Positions 48,316 to 62,613 of a DNA stretch of 64,000 nt are shown in pieces. Position 1 is the first letter of the stretch. Each line of letters starts with the position of its first letter. The DNA lies in contig CAZMIU010000001.1 of NCBI GenBank assembly GCA_964566795.1, positions 150,764 to 214,763 of the forward strand, read 5' to 3'. This DNA is from an uncultured Candidatus Saccharibacteria bacterium. GTDB taxonomy: Bacteria; Patescibacteriota; Minisyncoccia; Phycocordibacterales; SBAW01. A program made the translations under genes and the position numbers. The notes under the pieces were generated by a model. It saw only the letters and a program-made list of their open reading frames with translations, had not been told where the DNA came from and did not search any database.

Positions 48316-49170
48316 TTAATGGGTGTCTTTAAGCGGCGAGCGGGTGTCCATATACTTCCCCACTATGGTCTCAAAGAGATTTGGCTCAACACTGGCGTAA
48401 TACATGGGGCCCGCGGGGACGCCGGGCTCCAAGAGACCCTTATATGCGTCGTGGCTCAGAGACACCCCGCCCTGTTTAATACTCTCTACCCACGCGTTGT
48501 ATCCTGCAGTGTCGGTGGCCGAGACGCTAAACTTCATCTTAGAAAAGCCCAGCCCGCTGTAGTTGGCCGAGGCGCCGGCATACACGCCAGGCTCTGTTGC
48601 CACGAGGTTTAGCCTCGTGGTCATGCCGGTCATGGCATATATCTGCCCGCCCAGCTGCGGAACCCAAAACGAGTTCATAGGCGCGTCTGCCGTTACCCTA
48701 AACTCCACAGGCCTGCCCACGGGCACCACGGCGTAGTTAACGGTGGCTATCCCCTCTTCTTTATATATAAAGAGCCACTTCCACTGGAGCGCCACGGCCT
48801 CTATGACAACCGGCGGGCCGCCCGCAAGCGCCTTAGCCGGGTCAAGCTGGTGTGTGCTGCCCCAGGTGAGCGCCCCGAGCACCAGGACAATCTCAAGCGG
48901 CACTACCCACCAGACAAACTCCTCGAGCTTGCCGTGCTCGGCGTTGGGCGCGTGCTTGGCTTTGTGGTTGGAGGCGCGGTATTTGTACGCAAAGAAAAAC
49001 AGAAGGAAGTACACCGGGATAGCCACGATGAGCATAAACTCTACCGCGTGGAGCATGAGCGTGCGCTCTGCCAAAGCGATAACACCCTTGGGGTTTAAGA
49101 CCGCAAACGCATCAAACATGCCTATATCATACCCCGCCTTTTTATCACTAGAACACAAACATCGATACAC
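48316..49170 (-). CDS. cyoA: Quinol oxidase subunit II (no CuA site)
   Basis: Cupredoxin domain ...[45 protein letters not shown] aligns with CyoA. It lacks the CxExCGxxH CuA motif of cytochrome c oxidases. Confidence 0.85.
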   Translation of the reverse strand: MYRCLCSSDKKAGYDIGMFDAFAVLNPKGVIALAERTLMLHAVEFMLIVAIPVYFLLFFFAYKYRASNHKAKHAPNAEHGKLEEFVWWVVPLEIVLVLGALTWGSTHQLDPAKALAGGPPVVIEAVALQWKWLFIYKEEGIATVNYAVVPVGRPVEFRVTADAPMNSFWVPQLGGQIYAMTGMTTRLNLVATEPGVYAGASANYSGLGFSKMKFSVSATDTAGYNAWVESIKQGGVSLSHDAYKGLLEPGVPAGPMYYASVEPNLFETIVGKYMDTRSPLKDTH

Positions 49171-49267
49171 AAGTGGTGCTAAGCACCCATATTTTTAAAA
49201 AAGTGTGGTGTAGTACTTGATATTGAAAAACAGATATTTATGAGCTATTGTATGAGGGTCCGTGCAA

Positions 49268-49340
49268 GGGCCCTTAGCTCATCTGGTAGAGCGCCTCATT
49301 TGCAATGAGGAGGTGACCGGTTCGATCCCGGTAGGGTCCA
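49268..49340 (+). tRNA. tRNA-Ala (anticodon TGC)
   Basis: Acceptor GGGCCCT/AGGGTCC with G3:U70, anticodon loop UUUGCAA, T-loop TTCGATC, 73 nt, no encoded CCA. Confidence 0.8.
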
Positions 49341-49450
49341 CAAAAGACAGAAAAGCCACCCCTGCGGGTGGTTTTCTGCTTTTGTGGAAGCCGGAGCGAT
49401 GTTTTGCACTGGCAAAACCGCGAGGTGGAGGCCGGACCGGTATTTCCCCT
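49341..49450 (+). repeat. Conserved tRNA-Ala 3'-flank, copy B (terminator hairpin plus ~90 nt shared with 34800-34966)
   Basis: cacaaaagacagaaaagccacccctgcgggtggttttctgcttttgtggaagccggagcgatgttttgcactggcaaaaccgcgagg is identical to the reverse complement of the copy-A flank. Confidence 0.7.
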
Positions 49451-49642
49451 TCATTGACCCTTTAGGCGGCCGGTGTAGGATATGCCCTTAGTACCGGCAG
49501 GCACCTCGGGAGGGACCATGACGCGCATACGACACGTCTTGTCGCTGACGGCCATACTAGTATCCTTCGGGATAATTGCCGCAGTGACGGTCGGGGCATT
49601 CAACTAAGATGAGACAAAACGGGCGCAGCAATGCGGCCGTTT

Positions 49643-49978
49643 TTATTTGCCCAGTTGGTCTATCTTTGCCGCAACTATAAAATCGTTCTCCGATAGCCCG
49701 CCTATGGAGTGTGTCATAAGCTCTACCCCCAAGCTCCCGTAGCTTATCGTGAGGTCCGGGTGGTGGCCCTCGCTTTCTGCTATCTGTGCAATGTTGTTGG
49801 CCAAAGTCATGGGCCCCATAAAGTCACTAAAGTGGAAGGTGCGCGCCAGTATGCGCCCACCGTCTATAAGCATCCACTCATCATTAAGTTCCCTCAGTAG
49901 CTCCTGCGCTTTCTCGGGGATAAGCGGCGGGCCGCCCTCCTCGCAGGGTATGCACTTTTTCTTAGCGAGATCTGCCAT
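49643..49978 (-). CDS. Pterin-4-alpha-carbinolamine dehydratase (PCD/DCoH)
   Basis: EGHHPD active-site motif; about 110 aa. Confidence 0.8.
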   Translation of the reverse strand: MADLAKKKCIPCEEGGPPLIPEKAQELLRELNDEWMLIDGGRILARTFHFSDFMGPMTLANNIAQIAESEGHHPDLTISYGSLGVELMTHSIGGLSENDFIVAAKIDQLGK

Positions 49979-50975
49979 GGGCTAAGGCTACTACATGATG
50001 TATAAAGTCCGACAACTTCGTACCTACAGCCGCAAGACCATGTACAAACTCGGTATCATCGGCAAGATCCACACTTGTCTCAGTCTCCAAAAAGTAAATG
50101 CCGCGCTTAGAGACAATAAAGTCTGAGCGCGAGTAGTGGCTCAGCCCCAACCCTTTGTGTATAGCTTTTGCCAAGTTCTGCAGGTCTGTTTTGGTCTGCT
50201 CATCAAAACGACTGGGAGTAATAAACTGGGCCAAACTGCCCTGTTTTGTATCTGCATCATAAAACTGCGCGCCCTGGGGCATGAGTATTTCCGTTGGCAT
50301 GAGCGCGTATACATCCTCGCCGCGGTAGTTGTCTACCACACCCACGGTTGCCTCGCGCCCCGGGATAAACTCCTCGATCAATATCCTGGGTGAGTATCTC
50401 GTAGCCTCGCGCAGTGCATGTTCAAGTCCGTGATAGGTGTCGGCCTTAAACACACCATGCGACGAGCCGGCAGCCACCGGCTTAATAATCGCCGGATGCG
50501 GGAAACTCCTAAACAACCTCTGGGCCAGGGCCTCTATCTCCCCCTCTGCGGGCTCGAGCACCAGGCCGTGTGCAACCTTAACGCCGAGCTTTTTGGCGGC
50601 CTCTTTGGTGTGCTGTTTGTTAAACGCTATGGCAGACGCGAGCGCGTCCGAGCCGCTGTAGGGCACACCGAGCTGCTCGAGCACGCGCTGGACCTGGCCG
50701 TCTTCGCCATACTCGCCGTGCATCGCGTTAAAGACAACATCAACACCCTTAAGCGCCCTCTCAGGGTTTTGGGCCACACCATGCACATGCCACTGCCCTG
50801 CGCGGTCTATAAAGATATCGCGCGGCTCATATGCGTCGCGGTTAAGTGCCGCAAGGACCGATGCACCCGTCTTTAAGGACACGTCATACTCGCGTGATGG
50901 CCCTCCACGCAACACTCCCACGACCTTTCTCATGCTGGAATTATACCTGATTTCTGTTATGTTGGTTTCAGACAA
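49962..50975 (-). CDS. ddl: D-alanine--D-alanine ligase
   Basis: N-terminal VLRGGPSREYDVSL, ATP-grasp domain; 337 aa. Confidence 0.9.
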   Translation of the reverse strand: MSETNITEIRYNSSMRKVVGVLRGGPSREYDVSLKTGASVLAALNRDAYEPRDIFIDRAGQWHVHGVAQNPERALKGVDVVFNAMHGEYGEDGQVQRVLEQLGVPYSGSDALASAIAFNKQHTKEAAKKLGVKVAHGLVLEPAEGEIEALAQRLFRSFPHPAIIKPVAAGSSHGVFKADTYHGLEHALREATRYSPRILIEEFIPGREATVGVVDNYRGEDVYALMPTEILMPQGAQFYDADTKQGSLAQFITPSRFDEQTKTDLQNLAKAIHKGLGLSHYSRSDFIVSKRGIYFLETETSVDLADDTEFVHGLAAVGTKLSDFIHHVVALAHGRSR

Positions 50976-50986
50976 AGGAGCCCTAC

Positions 50987-51322
50987 ATGTCTAAAGACAA
51001 AAAGGTAGTACATCTCAAGCCGGTTGCATCAAGAGAGCCCTCAAACGAGGAACTGAAGAGGAAGTTCTATAAGGCAGCCTCTGAGTCGGCCGGTTTCCCC
51101 ATCAACCTCGACCTAAGATACGACCAATTTGTGTTCTCCGGGAGCGGCAGCGGGTCTGCTGGCATGTCCGAACAAGACAACGTCTCGATCACTATCCACG
51201 GCAGGGTCAGGCAATATTCCTACCCACTGGCGGCGGTCCGGTTTAACCGAGAGAACTGGGAAAAGTTTAAGCAGCAGACCGACATGTTTTTTGAGAGCCT
51301 CTCGAAAACCAAGGACAAATAA
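50987..51322 (+). CDS. Hypothetical protein (111 aa)
   Basis: aaaggag SD 7 nt before the ATG, balanced composition, followed by a terminator hairpin. Confidence 0.5.
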   Translation: MSKDKKVVHLKPVASREPSNEELKRKFYKAASESAGFPINLDLRYDQFVFSGSGSGSAGMSEQDNVSITIHGRVRQYSYPLAAVRFNRENWEKFKQQTDMFFESLSKTKDK

Positions 51323-51328
51323 CAAACA

Positions 51329-51351
51329 GGGCCGCCCTTGGGCGGCCCTTT
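51329..51351. terminator. 9-bp GC hairpin gggccgccc-tt-gggcggccc between convergent genes
   Basis: Seen directly after the 51322 stop and before the uvrC stop. Confidence 0.5.
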
Positions 51352-51355
51352 ACCT

Positions 51356-52687
51356 TTACACGAGAAAGTTTTTGCGCATTTTTTTGCGGTTAAAGGTGAT
51401 TGCGAAGCGGTGGGCCTCGGCATTGGCCAGCAAGATGTCGCGCTCCTTGTCTTTAATAACGTTACGGTCCCCTGCTATAGAGCGCGGGCGGTGCTTTTCG
51501 TCCTTAACCACTCCCACAACAGGGATCTGCATGCCACACTCTCTAAGTATTTTTGTGGCGGCGTTTATCTGTGCCTTGTGGCCATCTACCACAATGACCT
51601 TAGGGTACGGCCACTCAGGGTGGCCCAAGCGGCGCGACAACACCTCTTTAAGCGAGCCCGGGTCGTCTCCGCCCTTGGCGTCTTTGATATTGAACTTGCG
51701 ATACTCCATCTTGTTGGGCAGGCCGCCCTCTACAACGGTCATAACACCCACATGCCCCGCACCTGCCAGGTGCGCAATGTCGTACGCCTCGATGCGGCTG
51801 CCCTGCGCGGCATTGGGGCCGCGGTACTCGTCCTTTATAAGAGAGACATCCTGTATGTGGGTAAGGCCAAAGAGTTGTTCTTTGAGCCTGCCCGCCTCCT
51901 CAAAGCGCTCTTCTCTGGCGGCCGCCTTCATCTGCTTTTCTATCGAGCTTACGAGTTGCTTCTTGCGGCCCTGGAACAGCAGCACAATGTGGCGGATTGT
52001 CTTTCTGTACTCAGTTTTACCCACCGCGCCCGAGCACACCCCCGGGCACAGGCCAATAGAGGCATCAAAGCAGGGCTTACCCGAGTTGGGCACGCACGTG
52101 GTGCGGTACGGGAAAATCTTTCTAATGAGCTTCATCGCCAACTGCAATTGCAACCCATGCGGGAATGGACCAAAAATGTGGGCATATTCTGGCGCAGCAA
52201 AGTTCTGCAAAAGGGAGTTGGGGTCGTGTTCATCTCTCCCTTTTGCGGAAGCTTTTTGCGCCAGATCTCTGCCGCGTATTACCAAGACCCGCGGGTAGTC
52301 CTCTTTGGGTATGACTACGTGGTTAAAGCTCTTGTCGTCTTTAAGGTCGGTGTTGTAGTCGGGCCTGTGGGTGCGTATCAATGAGGCCTCCAAAAGCAGG
52401 GCCTCCAACACCGAGTCGGTCTGGCGAAAGTCTATCGTGTGGGCCTTATCGAGCATCTCAACCAAGAGAGGCCCGCGGGTATCCATAAGGTCTTTGGCAA
52501 AGTAGCTGCGCACCCTGTCGCGCAGGCTGGTGGCCTTGCCGATGTAGAGCAGCTTTTTATTTTTACCCAAAAAGAAGTACACCCCGGGTGCATCCGGCAG
52601 CCCCGACGCTTTGGTCGGGATCCCGTCCTCGCCTTGCGAGCGTCGGGACTTCTTCAAGTACCGTTTGTTGAACTGCTCAAGATTCAT
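51356..52687 (-). CDS. uvrC: Excinuclease ABC subunit C, short form (GIY-YIG plus UvrBC-interaction plus RNase-H-like domain; no C-terminal HhH)
   Basis: GIY-YIG motif GVYFFLGKNKKLLYIGKA...RVRSY; 443 aa. Confidence 0.85.
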   Translation of the reverse strand: MNLEQFNKRYLKKSRRSQGEDGIPTKASGLPDAPGVYFFLGKNKKLLYIGKATSLRDRVRSYFAKDLMDTRGPLLVEMLDKAHTIDFRQTDSVLEALLLEASLIRTHRPDYNTDLKDDKSFNHVVIPKEDYPRVLVIRGRDLAQKASAKGRDEHDPNSLLQNFAAPEYAHIFGPFPHGLQLQLAMKLIRKIFPYRTTCVPNSGKPCFDASIGLCPGVCSGAVGKTEYRKTIRHIVLLFQGRKKQLVSSIEKQMKAAAREERFEEAGRLKEQLFGLTHIQDVSLIKDEYRGPNAAQGSRIEAYDIAHLAGAGHVGVMTVVEGGLPNKMEYRKFNIKDAKGGDDPGSLKEVLSRRLGHPEWPYPKVIVVDGHKAQINAATKILRECGMQIPVVGVVKDEKHRPRSIAGDRNVIKDKERDILLANAEAHRFAITFNRKKMRKNFLV

Positions 52688-52696
52688 ATAGGTAGT

Positions 52697-55276
52697 TTAG
52701 CGCCCCTTAAGTACCTTCTTAAGATACCTGCCCGTATGCGAGTTTTTGTTGTTTGCAACCTCCTCCGGTGTGCCCTTGGCCACCAGGGTGCCGCCGCCCA
52801 CACCGCCCTCCGGGCCAAAGTCCAAAAGATAGTCAGACGACTTGATGATATCCATGCTGTGCTCGATAAGCACCACCGAGTTGCCTGCCTGTACCAGCTT
52901 GCCCAGTATGTCCAAGAGCTTGCGCACGTCCTCGTAGTGGAGCCCCACCGTGGGCTCGTCCAACAGGTATATGGTCTTTTGCAGGTGCGGGCGGTACAAC
53001 TCCGAGGAGATTTTGACGCGCTGTGCCTCGCCACCGCTAAGCGTAGTGGCAGACTGCCCCAGCTTTAAGTACCCGAGCCCCACCTCGTCCAGCGTTTTAA
53101 GCCTGTCATATATAGCCGGGATGTCGTTAAAGAACTCAAGCGCCTCCTCAATAGTCATCTCCAAGACGTCGTAGATATTCTTTTTCTTATACTTAACCTC
53201 CAGGGTCTCTTTGGTAAAGCGCTTGCCATTACATACATCGCAGGTCACATACACCGTGGGCAAAAAGTGCATCTCCACCGCAATAGTGCCGTTGCCCTCG
53301 CAGGTCTCGCAGCGCCCGCCGCCCCTCTCCTGCTTAACATTAAAGGAGAAGCGGGACGCCTTCCATCCGCGTGCGCGGGCCTCTCCTGTTTCGGCAAACA
53401 ACTCGCGGATAAACGCAAAGGAACCCGTGTAGGTGGCGGGGTTACTTCTAGGCGTGCGGCCTATGGCCGACTGGTCTATAAGTATCGCGCGAGAGAGATG
53501 CTCGCTGCCCTCAAACGAGGCGGCGTTAAAGACCTTATTGGAGCGGTAGCGCTTATCAAAGCGCGCCTTCAGGTTTTCGTACAGGATCTCGTAGAGGAAG
53601 GTCGACTTACCCGAGCCCGACACGCCGGTCACGGTAACAAGACGCCCCAGAGGGATATCTACGGAGAGGTTTTTGATATTAAAGGCTTTGCCGCCCTTAA
53701 TCGATATCTTGCCCTTGTCCTTCTGCCGGCGCTCCTCGGGCACCTCTATGGATGTCTCGCCGCGCAGGTAGCTTAAGGTGAGTGAGCCGCTGTCGTTTTT
53801 CTTGGCGGTCAGCAGCTTGTCGAGCCAGTCGGCCACCACCACCTCGCCTCCGTGCACCCCGGCACCGGGTCCTATGTCTACCAGGTAGTCGCCGGAGTAG
53901 ATCGTATCTTCGTCGTGCTCCACCACAATGATGGTATTGCCCAGGTCGCGCAGGTTAAGGAGCGTCTTGATAAGGCGCTCGTTGTCGCGCTGATGCAGGC
54001 CAATGGTCGGCTCATCAAGCACATACAAAGCGCCCACAAGCCCCGAGCCCAGCTGGGAGGCCAGGCGGATGCGCTGTGCCTCGCCGCCGCTAAGCGTGTT
54101 GGCACGGCGCTCAAGCGTAAGATAGTCGAGCCCCACATCGAGCATAAATTTAAGCCGCGAGGTAATCTCCTTGATAACCACCTTGGATATCTCCTCCTCT
54201 TTTTTGGTCAGGTCCAGGAGCTCAAAAAAGTCGTATGCCTCCTGTATAGACTTCTTGGTGACATCTACAATGTTTGTTTTATCGCCAAGCCACACGTTGA
54301 GCGCCTCCGGGCGCAAGCGCGCACCATGGCACACCGGGCAGGGCTCATCCGAAAAGAGGTGCTTGGTACCCAGGCCGTTGCAGGCCTGGCACGCGCCGTA
54401 CGGCGAGTTAAAGCTAAAGAGGCGCGGCTCCACCTCAGGGAACGAGAATCCGTCATACGCGCACATAAACTTGGCCGAGACAAGGCGCTCCTGCCCGTGC
54501 TCCTCGATGCGCACCAGGCCCTCCGACTCGCTTAGGGCGCGCTCCACAGCCTCGCTCAGGCGCTCGATGGCAGCCTTTTTGTCCGACTTAAACTCCGAGA
54601 CTAGTATCTCGTCGACAAGTGCATCAATATCGTGCTTTTTATGGCGGGCCAGGTCTATCCTCTCGCGCAGGCTGATTATCTTGCCATCTACACGCGCACG
54701 CTCGTATCCCTTACCCAAGAGATCGTATAAAAGTTGGTAGTACTCGCCCTTGCGGCCCACCACGACCGGCGCATAAATGCGCACCACGTCGTCTTGTATA
54801 TCGACACCCATAACCTTACGCGTCTTTTTAGGTGCCGCTTTGGTGACCGTCTCTATAATGCTCTCGATAATCTCCTGGTTGGAGTGCTTTTTTATCTCGC
54901 GGCTGCACACCAGGCAGTGCGGGTGGCCCACACGCGCATACAAAATACGCAGGTAGTCATATATCTCTGTGATGGTCGCCACGGTGGAGCGCGGGTTGTT
55001 GGAGCGTGACTTCTGATCAATTGAGATTGCCGGCGAGAGACCCGTTATCTCCTCCACATCGGGCTTTTGCATCTGGCGCAAAAACTGGCGCGCATAAGCG
55101 CTTAGCGACTCAATATAGCGGCGCTGGCCCTCGGCAAAGATTGTGTCAAACGCCAACGACGATTTGCCGGAGCCTGAGAGCCCGGTAAAGACGACCATCT
55201 TGTCCCGCGGGATTTTGAGGTCGACGTTTTTGAGGTTGTGGGTTTTGGCACCCTTTATATGGATATGGTCTTCCAT
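52697..55276 (-). CDS. uvrA: Excinuclease ABC subunit A
   Basis: Two ABC ATPase modules ([22 protein letters not shown]) and zinc-finger Cys clusters. Start taken at [17 protein letters not shown] (ATG 55274-55276); the ORF track extends to 55333. Confidence 0.95.
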   Translation of the reverse strand: MEDHIHIKGAKTHNLKNVDLKIPRDKMVVFTGLSGSGKSSLAFDTIFAEGQRRYIESLSAYARQFLRQMQKPDVEEITGLSPAISIDQKSRSNNPRSTVATITEIYDYLRILYARVGHPHCLVCSREIKKHSNQEIIESIIETVTKAAPKKTRKVMGVDIQDDVVRIYAPVVVGRKGEYYQLLYDLLGKGYERARVDGKIISLRERIDLARHKKHDIDALVDEILVSEFKSDKKAAIERLSEAVERALSESEGLVRIEEHGQERLVSAKFMCAYDGFSFPEVEPRLFSFNSPYGACQACNGLGTKHLFSDEPCPVCHGARLRPEALNVWLGDKTNIVDVTKKSIQEAYDFFELLDLTKKEEEISKVVIKEITSRLKFMLDVGLDYLTLERRANTLSGGEAQRIRLASQLGSGLVGALYVLDEPTIGLHQRDNERLIKTLLNLRDLGNTIIVVEHDEDTIYSGDYLVDIGPGAGVHGGEVVVADWLDKLLTAKKNDSGSLTLSYLRGETSIEVPEERRQKDKGKISIKGGKAFNIKNLSVDIPLGRLVTVTGVSGSGKSTFLYEILYENLKARFDKRYRSNKVFNAASFEGSEHLSRAILIDQSAIGRTPRSNPATYTGSFAFIRELFAETGEARARGWKASRFSFNVKQERGGGRCETCEGNGTIAVEMHFLPTVYVTCDVCNGKRFTKETLEVKYKKKNIYDVLEMTIEEALEFFNDIPAIYDRLKTLDEVGLGYLKLGQSATTLSGGEAQRVKISSELYRPHLQKTIYLLDEPTVGLHYEDVRKLLDILGKLVQAGNSVVLIEHSMDIIKSSDYLLDFGPEGGVGGGTLVAKGTPEEVANNKNSHTGRYLKKVLKGR

Positions 55277-55443
55277 GTTTTTGTTAGTGTGCATCTCTTG
55301 TAAGAAACGCGGTACACAAATGTCTGTGGACAACGATACAGCCCCGCCGATATTCCGGGGGGTGGTCTATGTGCACACGCAGAGTATATCACGAGATGGG
55401 GATATCATAAAACACCAGCAAAAGCGGGACTATACTTACACTA

Positions 55444-55634
55444 TGAATAAACAAATGTTCATCAAGGTCGCAACGGTCGTGTTTAGTATTGTTGCAGCTG
55501 TGCACTTGTACCGCGCGTTTAATGACCTGCCGGTACTCTTTAACACCTGGGTAGTACCGGCGTCCCTGTCGTGGTTTGTGGGCCTGTTTGCGGGTCTCCT
55601 GGCCTATAGCGGGTACCGCTTCTGGAATAAGTAA
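55444..55634 (+). CDS. Hypothetical small membrane protein (63 aa; alternative start at 55320)
   Basis: [22 protein letters not shown]... has two hydrophobic helices and is followed by a long imperfect hairpin at 55655-55700. Weak SD. Confidence 0.3.
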
Positions 55635-55850
55635 GGCAAAGTAAAAGGCCCCCGCTCACCAGCCCTTGAGAGGTATCTGGTATTGAGCGAGGGCCTTTAT
55701 CGTGCAGATCGCGACTACGGCGCGCAGCACAGATTGTATAAAAGAGCGGTGGACGCCGGATACAGGACTAATGACATGCCTTACCAGTCGGGGCTGCGGC
55801 TGGTTCCGACGTCCATAGCTACTATAACACCCTATGGTATATGATGTCAA

Positions 55851-57125
55851 CTAGTGGCCGTGACCTGCCTCTATTGCACCATCGAATACTGTCTTGTCTG
55901 CGTCGCCTGAGACATGCAAGACACCCCATGCGCCCCGGTCAATGCGCGCCAGTGCGTGGTCCACAAGGATATAGTTGCCCGGGTAATCGAGCGCAATGTC
56001 CACAGCCGCGGCGCCGCCGGCCGGCACCAGGGTGGTCTGCACGCTCCGGGCAGGAGCACTCACGAGGTCACCCTCACGAAAGACGCGGTCAAATATCTCG
56101 CCTATCACATGGAAGCTCGACACGAGGTTTACTCCCCCGTTGCCGACATAGAGCCGCGCTGTTTCCCCCACCCGTGCGCGCATCACGTTGCTGCTGGTCG
56201 AGGTGAGTGCGCCGGTGCGGCCGTTAAACACGATGTATTGGGGCCTTGAGTCCATCATCGCCTTTGTGTCCATAAGCTGGAGACCCTCGCGGCCCAGGGC
56301 GCCCGCGGTATAAAACTCACCCTGCATCACGTAGTACTCATGATCGACTTTGGGCAGGCCTTCCTTGGGCTCGACAAGTATCATCCCGTACATGCCGTGG
56401 GCCATGTGGTTGGCAACATTGGGATGCGCGCAGTGATAGACAAAGAGCCCCGCGTGCATAGCCTTAAATGAAATCGTCTTACTCTCGCCCGGCGCCACTA
56501 TAGTAGCCGCGGCGCCGCCTCCTGGACCTGTAACCGCATGGAGGTCAATCGAGTGGTGATGAAGGCTGGTCGGGTCATTGTGCAGTGTTAGTACGACAGT
56601 ATCGCCCTCGCGGACCCTGAGCATCGGCCCCGGTACTGTACCGTCAAATGTCCAGTAATTAACAGTGACGCCCGGTGCCATTTCAGCCACCACCTCTTTG
56701 GCCGTCATCTCTATATGGACAGTAGAGGGTGTTGTGCGCACAATGGGCGGCGGCACGTCGCCCGGGTCGCGCGCTATGTCTGCGACCCGCTCAAACTGCC
56801 CAAAGTTAGAAAAGAATCCGAACACGTTTTTAAAAGGGAGTATCGGGCCCTCGGAAGGGCCATATGTCTTGAGGAAAAACGGATACTCAAACGCATGCGG
56901 CAGTCCATTGGGGACATAGAAAAACACCGACACCCCTAAAAACACCGCAAGCAGGGCCAGTGCCATGGCGCGGGAGGTATGATGCCGCACCGCCAGATAT
57001 ATAAAGAGTGCCGCAAACACAAACGCCACCAAAAGGCCTATAGTCTGCACCCCATACGCCCATATATATGAAATGAGGGTGAACATATACACATTGTACG
57101 CCATGTTTTGTAACGACAAATCCAC
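55851..57125 (-). CDS. nirK: Copper-containing nitrite reductase (NirK-type two-domain multicopper oxidase) with N-terminal 2-TM anchor
   Basis: Type-1 and type-2 Cu ligand motifs HNDPTSLHHHSIDLH and CAHPNVANHMAHGMYGM, with two cupredoxin domains. Confidence 0.8.
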   Translation of the reverse strand: MDLSLQNMAYNVYMFTLISYIWAYGVQTIGLLVAFVFAALFIYLAVRHHTSRAMALALLAVFLGVSVFFYVPNGLPHAFEYPFFLKTYGPSEGPILPFKNVFGFFSNFGQFERVADIARDPGDVPPPIVRTTPSTVHIEMTAKEVVAEMAPGVTVNYWTFDGTVPGPMLRVREGDTVVLTLHNDPTSLHHHSIDLHAVTGPGGGAAATIVAPGESKTISFKAMHAGLFVYHCAHPNVANHMAHGMYGMILVEPKEGLPKVDHEYYVMQGEFYTAGALGREGLQLMDTKAMMDSRPQYIVFNGRTGALTSTSSNVMRARVGETARLYVGNGGVNLVSSFHVIGEIFDRVFREGDLVSAPARSVQTTLVPAGGAAAVDIALDYPGNYILVDHALARIDRGAWGVLHVSGDADKTVFDGAIEAGHGH

Positions 57126-57187
57126 AGGACAGGAGCCTAAAGCAGGAGTATGGTAGGTGCAGGAACCCTGGTCTTTGGAGACGCCAC

Positions 57188-57613
57188 ATGCCAGAAGTTA
57201 TCGCTAAAGTGCCCCTCTCGCCGCAAGGCAGGGCCATACTCGAGTTTGAGGACGACGACTTTACACAGCAGGTTGTAGAGCAAGGCCTCTCGGTCCTGCG
57301 GGCCTACGACCACCTCCACGAGATGAAGCTCTTTATCCTCCTGTGCGCTTCGCGCCCGGGAGAGCCTGTGCCCGTACCACCCGAGATAGACAGCAAGGTG
57401 CTCCACCCCTTTCTTGAGTGGGAGAAGTTCGATGGGTTCTGCGCGCAGCGGCTCAAGGGCACGCTCAAGCATATCCCCCACGACACGCCCATGACAGGCA
57501 GGGAGCGTCTGCACATGCTCGAGCAGGCGCGGGCGCAGTACGGCAAGCACTTTGATGAGGCGCTGTGGGAGCGCGGGCTCCCGGTATGCACGCTCACGTT
57601 TGTCGCGCACTAA
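57188..57613 (+). CDS. Hypothetical protein (141 aa)
   Basis: Balanced composition, GGAG 8 nt upstream, followed by a strong plus-strand terminator. The overlapping minus ORF 57137-57664 is R/L-rich antisense-like. Confidence 0.45.
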   Translation: MPEVIAKVPLSPQGRAILEFEDDDFTQQVVEQGLSVLRAYDHLHEMKLFILLCASRPGEPVPVPPEIDSKVLHPFLEWEKFDGFCAQRLKGTLKHIPHDTPMTGRERLHMLEQARAQYGKHFDEALWERGLPVCTLTFVAH

Positions 57614-57620
57614 CAAAAGA

Positions 57621-57650
57621 AGAGGCGGGGTATCCCGCCTCTTTTTCTTT
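57621..57650 (+). terminator. Rho-independent terminator agaggcggg-gtat-cccgcctct plus TTTTT
   Basis: Perfect 9-bp stem followed by a T5 run on the plus strand. Confidence 0.6.
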
Positions 57651-57732
57651 GCCTCAGCATACAAACTGATCTGTCTATCGGTTTAAGAGCAACGCATAAC
57701 AGTGGGTTACGCTACGCGCGACTATAGCACGC

Positions 57733-61533
<3,801 letters not shown>

Positions 61534-61551
61534 ACCTTAAGTATATACCAC

Positions 61552-62544
61552 CTATTGGCCAACAATGACCCTCTGTACGGCCGCTCCCTCGCCGATGTCG
61601 CCCGGGGCTGCCAGTGTGGCACTGGCGCTAAGGGTAGCGCCGGGCAGGAACTTGGTGTTGGCCCCAAGCAGGGTAATCGCGACAAGCATCACCGCAGCGG
61701 CAGGGACAAGCAGGTCGGTGGGCTGTACCTGGATGCGGATAAAGAACGTGAGCGCAATAACAACCGCAAGGAGCGCCGCTGTGCCCGCAAGCGCCCAATA
61801 CGCACCCGTGCCTGCATTGGCAAAAATGTTTTTAACAAAGCGCAGCGACTGCTGGATGTAGGTCTGCGGAGCCGATGCCTGCGCGCCGGCAACCACCGCG
61901 CTCTGCGGCACCTGCGGTATGCCCGCCGCCGCGGCAGCAGAAACGGTGTCGTTGGTTGGGACTGCCGCGCTGGCGCCCACAGGCGCACCAAAATACTGCA
62001 CGACAAACGTGGCGCGCGAACCCTTGTACTCGCCATCGGCAATACCGACGCCAATCTCCTGGTATATCGGCTTAACAATATTTGCGTGATGCGTGGGCGA
62101 GGCCATCCACGCGTCTACAACATCCTTGGAGTCATTGAAGCGTACAGCCAGGTTCTCTCCCGCCGCGACATATTCATAGCCTGCGCGCTCTAGCCAGACC
62201 CACGGCTGCTCGCCGTCTGGCCCCACGTGGCTAAAGTAGCCGCGCGCTGCCATGTCCTCGGCCTTGGCCTGGGCCGCTGCGTTTAGCGTCTCGCTCTCGA
62301 TAAGTGCCTGGCCGCCCTCGCTGGCGCGCGCCTCAGACGTAAACGACACTATCGCACTGCGCACCACCGCAGCCAGAAACACCTCCGGACCCTCTCTCAT
62401 CATCACCTGCCCCACAATAAGCCCCTCGCTTATAAGCGTGACCGCAAGAAGCCCCAGAAGCCAGCCGCGCTTGAGCATATGCGGGCGGTGCGCATTGTAC
62501 CGTGACGGAAACACGTGGTTAAGCAGCCGGCGCCATGGCGACAT
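61552..62544 (-). CDS. Secreted CAP/SCP/PR-1-like domain protein (YkwD-like) with Ala/Pro-rich C-terminal region
   Basis: ...YFSHVGPDGEQPWVWLERAGYEYVAAGENLAVRFNDSKDVVDAWMASPTHHANIV... matches the CAP domain. Confidence 0.65.
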   Translation of the reverse strand: MSPWRRLLNHVFPSRYNAHRPHMLKRGWLLGLLAVTLISEGLIVGQVMMREGPEVFLAAVVRSAIVSFTSEARASEGGQALIESETLNAAAQAKAEDMAARGYFSHVGPDGEQPWVWLERAGYEYVAAGENLAVRFNDSKDVVDAWMASPTHHANIVKPIYQEIGVGIADGEYKGSRATFVVQYFGAPVGASAAVPTNDTVSAAAAAGIPQVPQSAVVAGAQASAPQTYIQQSLRFVKNIFANAGTGAYWALAGTAALLAVVIALTFFIRIQVQPTDLLVPAAAVMLVAITLLGANTKFLPGATLSASATLAAPGDIGEGAAVQRVIVGQ

Positions 62545-62613
62545 ATGCGCCCATCATATCATGACAAAAACCGCCCGATTGGGCGGTTTTTGCACAAAGT
62601 TTGTACTTTCAGG

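Noticed and set aside
51338-52384. 348-aa plus-strand ORF (and 51129-52298, 389 aa) antisense to uvrC
   Set aside because: It fully overlaps a gene with unmistakable UvrC motifs, and its product is R/A/L/V-rich with no motifs. That is typical of spurious antisense frames in high-GC DNA.
57137-57664. 175-aa minus-strand ORF between nirK and uvrB
   Set aside because: R/L-rich composition. The overlapping plus-strand ORF has an SD and is followed by a perfect plus-strand terminator, so the plus strand is preferred.
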